The position numbers and the translations under genes were made by a program. From positions 3,132,662 through 3,196,661 of the forward strand of contig OZ037770.1 in NCBI GenBank assembly GCA_964035545.1: a DNA stretch of 64,000 nt, written 5' to 3'. The stretch's first letter is position 1. Each line of letters begins with the position of its first letter. Under the pieces are notes generated by a model, which was not told the DNA's origin, searched no databases, and worked only from the letters and a program-made list of their open reading frames with translations. Positions 23,501-34,471 of the stretch are shown here, piece after piece. The DNA is from Bugula neritina (Eukaryota; Animalia; Bryozoa).

Positions 23501-24393
23501 GTAATGTGCTGATGGCAGGTGTTAGCAGGTGTCTTTTGCTTGGATGGTGCCGAAAGTAGCAGCAGAAATACACACAGTTATTTTAAAATCAAGTTATGAA
23601 TTATTTGTCAAAAAAGACATTATATCAAATTACCTAACAAGTAGTTTTAATGCCAACAGAAAAAATTTACTTATAAATTCACACTGCAAAGTATTAGAAA
23701 TGTATCATATGTATGCTTAGTTGAACAGTGGATAATAAAACTATTATCAATCAAATAATATTTGAGTAGAAAGTTGCGGAGTAAAATGTTAGTTAATACA
23801 GTGAATATAATTAGACAGAGCTGGGTATAGTAGATATTTACTTACCAACTTTATGTCAGGTTAAACTCTATCTCTATATAACAGACAGTGTGTTCATCTC
23901 CTCAACTTTGAGTTATTTCTCTGTCAGCACAATAACAGGAAAGGAAAAACAAAATTTAAATAAATTATTTTGTACCATTATACTATATCTACACGGCTAA
24001 CTGTAATACAAATCATTAATTAATTTTCAACAAAATATATAATACAAAACAATATAAAGAAAATTTGTCATCAGAAAAATTAAAAAAAACTCAAAACATT
24101 GACTAACCTGTAGGTAAATGACTCAGTGTGTTGTGTAGTGACAGACTATGTGATATGTGTTAGCAGGTGTGTGTTGGTGTTTGACCAATGCTTATCACCA
24201 CTATGAAGGTTATATACTTGTCATCATGTAATTTTGATAAGAAAGTATTTAATTAATGGCACCGACTTTATCTCAACTCTAATATTTATATTTACTTAAG
24301 AATGGGAATTCAAATAATATGGCTAACTAACCAATTTACACTTAGTTGGGAAGAATTTGACTGAAATCACAGAAATTATCTGGGAAATTTATT

Positions 24394-26073
24394 CTATTTT
24401 AAAAACCTTCGAAGCAATAAAATAAATTGCATGTTAAACATATTTTTATGACTGATATACCAAATTAGGAATGACATGATAAAAACAAAAACTAAAACTG
24501 TTTCGAAAGCATTGAGGCTGATAAATAAATCAAATGGATTGAAAAGAAATCCTAGGAAAAAATCAAGGTTAGCTGATTGTCCACCAGAAAGTTTGAGGAT
24601 ATGAGTCTGGGTGTGAACACCACCCCACTCTCCAGCAGTTATAGAGTAGGTTCCTGGGTCTACAGATATACACATTCCCTCCACAGCAGCATCTGTCAAC
24701 TGTAAACACAAAGTGAAAGTAACATCATTCTACTTCCCTGACCTTGAACTTCTCCAACTGGTCACATGACTAACTTTATTCACTGCGGAATTAGAATAAA
24801 ACTAGACAATACTTAATCTAGTGTAAGGATTTAATGTAGATGAGTCAGAGTGGAGTGAGTAGAAATACTAGAACACTGCTCTCTGTAGATAGATTGACAC
24901 TTTATACCCTTAGATTATAGGTGAGAGAGTAGAGAACGTGGTTGCTAGGTAACTGATGAAAACAATTCATTGAACTGACTGAATACTATTGATAAATGGT
25001 GAATAAAGTCATGTGAAGAGGAGATGCTCAGCCCTAAGCTAATTACTTTTTATAATTTTAATGGATGTTATCTCGGATGACAATGACGGAGACGCACCAT
25101 GGAGCATGCGGTTTGCAGATGATCTGCTACTATGTGATGAGAGTAGAGACAACAGAGAAGAAAGATTGGAAGACTGGAGAAGGCGATTTGAGGATGTTGG
25201 CCTAAAAGTCAGCAGGTCTGAAACAGAGTACATACCAAAAGAAAGCAGTGATGACACCAAATTGAAAGAATACGATAGCTCTGAGTACTTTGTCTCAAAA
25301 AGTCACATTTAAGTACCTGTGGACTCCACCTGGAGGGATGATGCAGGACAGAGGTGCAAGTGCGTATTGGCAGAGCCTGGGAATGGAGGCAGCAGACGGG
25401 GATCTTGTGTGACCAGAAAATTCTAAAGAGACCCAAGATCCTCATTTACAAGACAGTAATAAGACTGGTGCTACTATACGGGCAGAAACATGGTGAGAGA
25501 GTGATTACCTTGCGGAGAGAGTGAGCGTATGTGAAATGAGAATGCTAAGCTACTGCCTAGGAGTTACTCTGGAAGAGCACAAGACCAAAGGAAAGAGGTG
25601 AAAGTAATGAGTTGAAAGACCAAAGCACAGATACTATCAGAAAAGACCTCCAATCCTGCTCCCACAACGAAGAAGACGCTCAGGACAAGGTTACGTGAAG
25701 AAGCTTAAATGAGCCACCTGAGACCCGAACAGAACAAAGTGGGGATAGGTGAGAATAGGTGAGAATGTGAAGAGGAGATGCTGAGATTTCAAGTAGCATT
25801 AGATCTATCGAAAGTTTGTAGCAAGAAAGAAGATGGAAAGTGAACGAAAATCGTCAAATGAGAAGGCAACTAATCTAATGATGACATAATCATTTCACCT
25901 TCACTCAGAAGTACGGAGGAGATAACTACTACTTTTACTGTGTGTAGTGAAATAAAAATAAAACTTACTGTTTTTCTTGAAAGTTTACTCAGTGGATCTG
26001 ATTGGTGGAATCTGTCACAGTGAGTCTTATCATAACCATTCTCCCTCCACTCTGGTTGGTCAGTGTAATACTT
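24394..26073 (-). pseudogene. AKIP1: Partial duplicate of AKIP1 (last two coding exons plus old 3' UTR), stop codon lost
   Basis: Exon 26073-25969 (KYYTDQPEWRENGYDKTHCDRFHQ...) and the exon from 24699 (LTDAAVEGMCISVDPGTYSITAG...) match AKIP1 exons 43810-43706 and 43551-43402; splice sites intact; the frame runs on to 24394. Confidence 0.85.
25029..25764 (+). mobile_element. 5'-truncated RTE-clade LINE
   Basis: RT motifs APWSMRFADDLLLC and GLKVSRSETEY; GGTGAGAATA tandem tail; exact 18-bp TSD ATGTGAAGAGGAGATGCT at 25011-25028 and 25765-25782. Confidence 0.9.
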
Positions 26074-26254
26074 CTGTGAATATCAACATGATTATTATTA
26101 TAATTATATTAACATCTTATTCAAGATGATAAGATCATTATATTGACAAAACAGTTTTAGTAGCAGCAGGAAATATAGCAGTGAAATTACTAGTGGTAGT
26201 GGCAGCAGCAGTAGAGGCTAAGTTTAAAAATTGTTGAATTAACAAGTGCGAATA

Positions 26255-27710
26255 TGTAATAACTACACTATAATACGTGTAACCATGTAATATCTACACT
26301 ATATTATGTGTAACCATGTAATAACTACACTATAATATGTGTAACCATGTAATAACTACACTATAATATGTGTAACCATGTAATAACTACACTATAATAC
26401 GTGTAACCATGTAATAACTACACTATAATATGTATAACCATGTAATAACTACACTATAATATGTGTAACCATGTAATAACTACATTATAATATGTGTAAC
26501 CATGTAATATCTACTCTATAACATGTGTAACCTTGCAATAACTACACTATAATATGTGTAACCACGCAATAACTACACTATAATATGTGTATCTATGTAA
26601 TAATTACACTATAGTATGTGTAACCATGTAATAGCTCCACTATAATATGTGTAACCATGTAATAACTACACTATAATACGTGTAACCATGTAATATCTAC
26701 ACTATAATATGTGTAACCATGTAATAACTACACTATGATATGTGTAACCATGTAATATCTACACTATATTATGTGTAACCATGTAATAACTACACTATAT
26801 TATGTGTAACTATGTAATAACTACACTATAATATGTGTAACCATGTAATATCTACACTATAATATGTGTAACCACGCAATAACTACACTATAATATGTGT
26901 ATCTATGTAATAATTACACTATAGTATGTGTAACCATGTAATAGCTCCACTATAATATGTGTAACCATGTAATAACTACACTATAATACGTGTAACCATG
27001 TAATATCTACACTATAATATGTGTAACCATGTAATAACTACACTATGATATGTGTAACCATGTAATAACTACACTATAATATGTGTAACTATGTAATATC
27101 TACACTATAATATGTGTAACCATGTAATAGCTACACTATAATACGTGTAACCATGTAATATCTACACTATAATATGTGTAACCATGTAATAACTACACTA
27201 TAATATGTGTAACCATGTAATATCTACACTATAATATGTGTAAGCATGTAATATCTACACTATAGTATGTGTAACCATGTAATATCTACACTATAATATG
27301 TGTAACCACGCAATAACTACACTATAATATGTGTATCTATGTAATAATTACACTATAGTATGTGTAACCATGTAATAGCTCCACTATAATATGTGTAACC
27401 ATGTAATAACTACACTATAATATGTGTAACCATGTAATATCTACACTATAATATGTGTAACCATGTAATGACTACACTATAATATGTGTAACTATGTAAT
27501 ATCTACACTATAATATGTGTAACCGTGTAATGACTACACTATAATATGTGTAACCATTTAAAAACTATACTATAATATGTGTAACCATGTAATATCTACA
27601 CTATAATATGTGTAACCATGTAATAGCTACACTATAATATGTGTAACCATGTAATAACTACACTATAATATGTGTAACCATGTAATATCTACACTATGAT
27701 ATGTGTAACC
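26255..27710. repeat. 31-bp satellite (TAATAACTACACTATAATATGTGTAACCATG), about 47 copies
   Basis: Continuous tandem array with recurring variant units. Confidence 0.97.
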
Positions 27711-27723
27711 TCCTCATCCTGAC

Positions 27724-29733
27724 CTTTCAACTCTGGATGCTGCCTCAACACAACGCTGACAAAGAAGCAATCCATGTCTATGTGCATGTACACAGAACTA
27801 GTAGACTTGTTATGTGAAGATAACTCTAGTGTGAGAGGTGATGAGCTAGGTTTGCTACTGTCTAGGTACTTGTGGACGAGATGGTCTCTTCCAGTTAGCT
27901 TGTGTTCTGGATCTGCTCTGATCTCATTGACCTGTGGAAGGAATCAGAGGCTATGTTTTGTATAGTTTGATGCTAAGTCAACTGTCACACCTATTTTATA
28001 CTGGAATAGTATTGGATAAGATGGTATTATACAAGACATAGAATAACATATCACAGTACTAGGAAAAAGAGTGAATACTCTCATATGTCTGCCAGATCCT
28101 TCAGCCGAGTCCTCCATTCGGAGAGATGGTGTAGGCGGGAGTTTCCGTAAAACTCAGCCACAAAACCAGGTTGATCAGCACTGAACATGTTGAGGGCCGT
28201 AGATTTGCCACCCTTCTTTGACTGCTCTTCATGGATAGTGGCACCTGGGCTACAGAAAAGCACTAAAATAAAGAAATTGGGCTCGCTGAATAAATACCAA
28301 CCAATTAGGTGACGACGACAGAGACGATTCGCACTTGCGTTGAGAATGCTGAGCGACAAGTGCGAATGTTTTCTCAACGCGTACAGTAAAACATACATTC
28401 ATAATAAACATGTTACAGTATGAGTCATATTACACTTTGTATATTTAGGATCGTCACAGCACTAGTTCTAATGTACTGAAGATACACACAGCACTTCTTC
28501 TATTACATATTGTGGAGTGTAAACCGTCACAGCACTAATCAGTGAAGTAGTAACAAATAAACTCACAGATCTTCAGTCATGGAGCTGTAGAGGTCTTTGG
28601 AAGTGGAGGACTGAGGAGCATCTTCTGCTACATCATTGATCTCTACAGCACGTTGAGACATACATATGAGACAAGTTACATGTGCAGATCACGTGACTGT
28701 ATATTATATAATTACATGGTATGGAGAGATGAATCATGAAAGAGAGGCTGTGGGTTTTGAGAATTGTCTTCCCACAGAATAAAACTACTCATTCAAAACC
28801 CAACCATGAGATTCTGCTGCTCATTTGTTCAGATAATCTAGAGAATATACTTTACTTGTCCAATAGGAGAGCTGAGTAGTAGGAAGTAGAGAAAGACATA
28901 TACTAAACTCACATGACTAAAGAGGTACATGAAGCACTGATATTGACAGTCAGCATCTTGTATTACGCTGACTCTTACCTGAAGAATCTATGACATCACT
29001 TCCTGTCCAGGGTGCTGACTCTCGGCTGGTGAAGAAGTTTGTTATTTTATTTCTTTTCAACAGCAGATATTTCTCGTATGGCTGGAGGGAATTTTCAATT
29101 TTCATTTCAGCATGTTATTAAAAGATACAATACAATAGTTATTCTCTTAATTACTATGTTGAAATTATTACAACATAGTACAGAGTACAGGTTTATATAT
29201 TCAATTACAATTCTGTATAGAAACAAGTTCTAAGGCTACACTAACTGTAGACCACTGTTACTCTGCACTTTATAAGTCACAGTTTCTATTATCATACCTC
29301 TCTGGTGCAACTCTAACTCCAAACTTGGAAATTATACCACAAAATTGGAAAATAAAAATCATAATCAAAACAAGACTAGAAATACTGCATACTGAATGGT
29401 CTACATAAATTCCTTTACATGAAAATTCCTTCCACACAGAGGTACTTTCTTCATATGTAAATTATATACCAGCTTGAGTTCAGAAAGTTGATTTCATCAT
29501 TGAATATAAAGTATACATGTATGTATGTGAGAATCCCTTATATAATGTCTGATAATAGTCTCATTCTTGCCAGTACGAGAGGTGAATACACACCCCCTAC
29601 TTTTGATACCAAAGTTCTACGACTAACCTGTGTAACCGTTGACAAAGATAGCCACGTTTTCAAACAATTTAGACTGAAATTCATGGTTTTCACGAGATTT
29701 ATCAGAGTCGTACTTGTTGATTAGTTTCTGTAC
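27724..29733 (-). pseudogene. REV1: 5'-partial REV1 (Y-family deoxycytidyl transferase): BRCT edges, N-digit and polymerase motif I only
   Basis: Exons 29733-29628 (VQKL...LFENVAIFVNGYT, BRCT start), about 29100-28979 (LQPYEKYLL, BRCT tail), 28642-28567, 28249-28093 (FVAEFYGNSRLHHLSEWR) and 27931-27724 (YMHIDMDCFFVSVVLRQHPELK). These are diagnostic REV1 motifs. The central BRCT exon is not recognisable, one donor is GC, and no downstream polymerase exons are present. Confidence 0.88.
28259..28382. mobile_element. Internal fragment of the 16101-16432 MITE family, inverted, in a REV1 intron
   Basis: Reverse complement closely matches about 16172-16282. Confidence 0.8.
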
Positions 29734-30918
29734 CTTAGTAACAAATAACACTATTAAAAAGAATAAATTTATTATGCAAATTAGAACAGTCATAAATAAT
29801 GATTGACAATTTACATATCTCTAAAGTTTAGATCTATTGCACTACAATACTATCAAGTGCATAGCCGCTATAAAAAAGTTAAGGTCTAATTTTAGAATAA
29901 TGCTACTTATCACATGAGACTGGGTGTATCTGTAACAGTAATTTCAAATATATCTTACATCTGATAATTTACAATAATAATAATGACACATAATTGATAT
30001 TACTGTGAATTAAAAGTTATATCTGTAGGCTAAAGTTATTACTCTACTTCTAGTTAGTAAAATAACATTTACTATTACTGCAGAAGACTAGTTGATGTTA
30101 TAACTATTAGTATCATCATTATACAAGCATGCATAGTAGTACTAATAGAGCAAGTTTCAATAGAATTAATTAATAAACCTGAATGTGAGTATAATTTAAA
30201 TCATAACTCTACAGTCTATATTCTATAATTATAAAAGAGAAGTCATAGGACAGCCATACTCACTGTGACTAACTACTACAACTTTTGTTACTTATAGTTA
30301 TAGTTTAAGTTACAAGCGCCACTATGACTATTAGCATTACTATTAGTACTACTATTAGTTTTGGACATAGGTACAATAAAACTAAATGTATTAATATTAC
30401 CATTATTATTAGCATGTGTATTACTAATTAGCTTTAGTGATAGCATTGCTATTAGTATTAGTATTACTAATAGTAATAAAATCACTATTAGTATTAGTAT
30501 TATAGTATGGGTTCCTGGCGGTTCTACACAAATTTCTGTACACAAAATGAATAATGAATCAACCTTAAACCTAAGCAATAAGTAAATATCAAAAACATAG
30601 CAAAAACATTATATATTTGAGTTAATTTCTATTGTTGCTTACAAAACGACATGTGTACAAAATAACCGGCACTCTATAGTACTAGACTTAGTAATACTAA
30701 TACTAATAGTATTAGTATGATAGTATGACTGTATGAGTATCACTGTCAGTGTGACTGTAGGCTACCAGCATGAGTATGACTATGGAATTGATTACGAGTT
30801 TTACTACTATTATTATTACTTATACATTAACTTGTAGTTGTCTTGTCTTGTCTTGATTTAGTTCCAAGACCCCAAATAGGGGAAAGGTGGAACTATCGGA
30901 TGTTCAGGTCTTTTTTTA

Positions 30919-33650
30919 TTAGTCTGCTAGTGTTTCTCCCGTGCGTAGTTCACGGGCTGTTCTAATGAGGAAGCTATGCAGGAAATTATTAGTATTACAG
31001 GATATTGAATTAAAAGAGTTACTGTCCCCAATATTGGTATTACGGAGAGATTTCATGGAGTTAAGAGTGTTAATTAGGTTAGGGAAGAATGCTTCATGCT
31101 GCAACACTTTGAAGAATAGCGTGAATCTGTGTTCTTGTCTGGATTTATTTAAAGCCTTTAAGTTTAACTCCGCCTTGGATTCGGTCACTGAGACATCCCA
31201 GCCTTTTAAGTTTTTTACAAAACGTACTGCCTTGTTTTGAACTTTCTCTAGATTGTTGCTTAGCATGAGATGTGCAGGATCCCAAATTTCGCAGGCATAC
31301 TCTAGAAGCGGTCTACACAGGGTAGTGTATGCTATGAGCTTAACTTTAACTGGAGCATCATAGAGTACATTTTTGATTAATCCTAAAATACGCATTGCTT
31401 TATTGACTACTGAGTTTATGTGATAATCCCACTTTAGATCATGTACCAAATAGATTCCTAGGTATTTTACACAGCTACTTTGTACTAATTGTTCGTTGCT
31501 CAAATAATAAGTGTGCGTTATAGGCTTAGGGCTTTTATCAAACACAATGATGTTGCTTTTTGTTGCATTGAATTTCATGGAGTTTTTAATACTCCAGTTG
31601 TGTAGAGCGTTAAGGTCATTTTGCAAATTTTCCTTGTCTTCGTCTTTAGATATATGCGTATATAGTATAGTGTCATCCGCGAAGAGCCTTACAGTGCAGT
31701 ATTTTACACATTTAGTGATGTCATTAATGAAAAGTGTGAAAAGTGCAGGCCCTAAAACGCTACCTTGAGGGACACCTGAAGTAACAGCTACAGCATCAGA
31801 TTTGTGGCCTTTAATCACCACTCTCTGAAAACGACTGGTTAGAAACGAGGATATCCATTTTACTAAAAGAGGATTTACTTTGTACTCAATAAGTTTCTGA
31901 ATCAACAGATGATGGGGAACTAAATCAAAGGCCTTAGAGAAATCTAGCACTGCCGCATGTGTAGCCATTCCATTGTCCATATTACTCAATATGTCATGTG
32001 TTAGGCAGGCCAATTGAGTTGTGCAAGACAGGTGACTTCTAAAACCATGCTGGTTTATGGACAGGATATCATTCAATTTGTTTTGCATAAGGTGAAGTAT
32101 AATGTGCTCCATCATTTTACAGACTATTGATGTTAAGGATATTGGTCTATAGTTAGAGGGCAGCTCACGATTTCCTTGTTTGAATATTGGGGTGACATGA
32201 GCCAGCTTCCACTCTGATGGAAGTGTACCTGTTGTTAATGTATAGTTGTAGATGGAAGCTAATAGGGAAGAAATAATTTCAGGGGAGAGCAGTAGCTTTT
32301 GTTTGCTAATAGAGTCTGGCCCTGAAGCTTTACCATTTTTGAGAGACTTAATCAATTTTAACACACCTTCAGAAGTTACTAATATGTTATCTGCATCAGT
32401 TGGAGCCGGAGCTTCTGGGAGCACACATGCTGGTGTAAAAACACTGTGAAAATACAAGTTCAAAGTATTTGCAATGTCAGATAAATCATTAGAGCTGGTC
32501 TTTTCACTAATTTGAATGCTTTGAATACTGTTATTGTTGCCTTTAATTTCTTTAACATATCTGTAAAAAGGTTTCGAGTCTCCATTTGCCAATGGGTAGT
32601 ATAACTTTTCACACATGAAGTCTTTTTTGAGTATTTTAAATAGTTTTTTGTTTTCACGCCTTAGTTTTTTGTATTTGTCAAATAAAACAGAATCACCTGT
32701 GAGCTTGTATCGTGAGTAAAGTTTTCTTTGCTTGTTGCAAGCTTTTTGAGCATCTTTATTAAACCAAACAGGTTGAAAATGTTTTCTAGGTTTAAATTGC
32801 TTTTTAGGTACATGGTCAGTTATTGCCGAATGTAATCCATTTCTAAATGTAGACCAAACAGTATCAATGGGCTGTATATCGTTTATTAGAGAGTTCACTT
32901 CTGAGAGCAAGGCTGCCATTGAGGAATCAAAACCGTTTCTATTTATTTTGTGATACACAAAAGTATAACTATCTTCTACACTTTCTTTAAACTTTTGGGG
33001 TGCTTCTATTGAGCATTCAATCATAAAGTGATCACTGACACCTGGTTGGATTACATTTAAGTCGCAAATTAAATGTTTAGAATTAGTGCAAAGAAGGTCA
33101 AGTATATTGCCAGCTATATGAGTTGGCTCATTAACAATTTGATCCATGTCTAATTCCGATAACAAATCTATGAAGTCATTGTAAAAAGATCTCCAACTGT
33201 TAGAGAAAGTGAAGTCATTCCAATTGATGCCAGGTAAATTAAAATCGCCAGTTAGAACTATTGTTGACCCTGGAAAAAGTTTTTTGATTTTTGACATGTA
33301 ATCTACAAGTGGTTTAATGTTGTATGTTGAAGGCGGTCTGTAGTATGTTACCAAAATATAAGGAGCTACGTTAGATTCAAAATTAAACTTGATTGCTGTT
33401 ATTTCTGCTTCAGATGGTATATCTATTGGAGAATGTGAGATTTGCGAATTAACAGCTATTAGTACACCCCCTCCATATTCATTCCTATCTTTTCTGTAAA
33501 CCAGTTTGTTATTTGGATGGAAGATTTGAGCATTAGCATAGGATGGGTTTAAATGAGTTTCAGTGATAGACATCACATCGTAGTCAGAAGCTATAGCTTG
33601 TAATTCAGCAATTTTACCTTTGATTGATCTTGCATTGATGCTAATTAATC
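30919..33650 (-). CDS. LINE ORF2: apurinic endonuclease + reverse transcriptase, uninterrupted
   Basis: APE motifs ISINARS, ITET, YRPP, GDFN, SDH; RT motifs NYRPISL, DFSKAFD, GVPQGSVLGP, LFADD, KYLG. The NARS motif lies upstream of the first ATG. Confidence 0.95.
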
Positions 33651-34471
33651 TGTAGATATTTTGACTATTTGGTTTTTCTGTATTTTGTATGTGCTTAGAG
33701 GATCCTGTTTTCTTACGTCTCTTAACTGTTGTCTCAACTGAAAATCCTTGTTTTGCTCTTCTTTAGTTAAGTCTAGGCGTGCAAAAGTACCTGGTACTTT
33801 GAGATTGTTGATACGTTTTAAAAGTTCCCACTTGTCAAACTCTGAGTCAAGTGAGAGTCTAACAGGTCGAGGTTTATCTACTTTTTTAGCCCCTAGTCTA
33901 ATAGTATTAGATTTTGTGGCATTAAACATAAAACTACACTCAGAAATCATAGAATTTACCAGTTCGACTGTGTCAGCAGGGGATGATTCACCCTCATTAA
34001 TGCCAAATATGATGACATTCTTCGCTCTGTTTTCAGTTGATAAATCATTTCTAAGATTTTTTATTTGTTTTTCTTGGTCTTTTATACATTTCTCTTGGTC
34101 ATTTAGATGCTTGCTTAAAACACCTTCAGATTTTTCAATTTTTGAAACTACACTAGCATATGTTTCATCACTCTTGGACTCTTGTGTGTCAATGCTTTAA
34201 ACCTAGAGTCAATCGATTTGAGAACATGATCACACTTATCACAAAACCAGTGGATTCCCCTCTTTTCAATTGTGTTCATGTCACTCGCATCTAAGTCCAC
34301 GCATCTAATATGAAACCAGTTAAAGCAGGACTCACACTCGATCGTTAAGTCACTCAGGGTTTTATTGCACTTTTCACATTTTGATTTTTCAGTATTTTTC
34401 CTGCTACTAGCAGCATCACCAGAGGCAACACTGTCCACACGACCTCTTCTTGTTTGCGTTTTGGGGGGCAT
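33645..34471 (-). CDS. LINE ORF1: PHD finger + coiled coil + RRM-like region, split by one frameshift near 34195
   Basis: C4HC3 PHD (CEKC...CESC...HIRC...WFCDKC); the other frame continues with TYASVV, coiled coil, RAKNVIIFGINE, RPVRL and RLDLTKEEQ, typical of CR1/L2 ORF1. Confidence 0.85.

Larger units (their letters stand above)
15342..24200 (-). other. Array of about 14 related exon-like, non-coding repeat units (candidate multi-exon 5' leader or lncRNA)
   Basis: Shared core CACCTGCTA(G/A/T)CACCTGTCACA on the minus strand. Eight units keep both an AG acceptor and a GT donor: 15514-15342, 16670-16584, 17309-17132, 20950-20773, 21602-21516, 22006-21829, 23076-22992, 24200-24108. Others near 18.5, 19.05, 19.8, 20.1, 22.8 and 23.4 kb are degenerate. 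Four units translated (15342, 16584, 21516, 22992) are closed in all three frames. Confidence 0.6.

Noticed and set aside
15343-23720. His/Pro/Thr-rich ORFs (15343-15561, 19752-19964, 20713-20976) as a repetitive protein gene
   Set aside because: Single units can be open, but exon phases are incompatible and neighbouring units have stops in all three frames.
15342-24200. miRNA cluster (UCACAGCC and UAGCACC resemble miR-2 and miR-29 seeds)
   Set aside because: Only seed-length similarity, and the G-poor strand shows no evident precursor hairpins.
26255-27710. CRISPR-like 31-bp repeat array
   Set aside because: Head-to-tail monomers with no unique spacers and no cas genes, in a eukaryotic context; it is a satellite. 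The same applies to 49213-49652.
11134-33650. Diversity-generating retroelement formed by the TPR variable codons plus a nearby RT
   Set aside because: The RTs in the window are ordinary CR1/L2, RTE and Gypsy enzymes, and no template repeat is visible.
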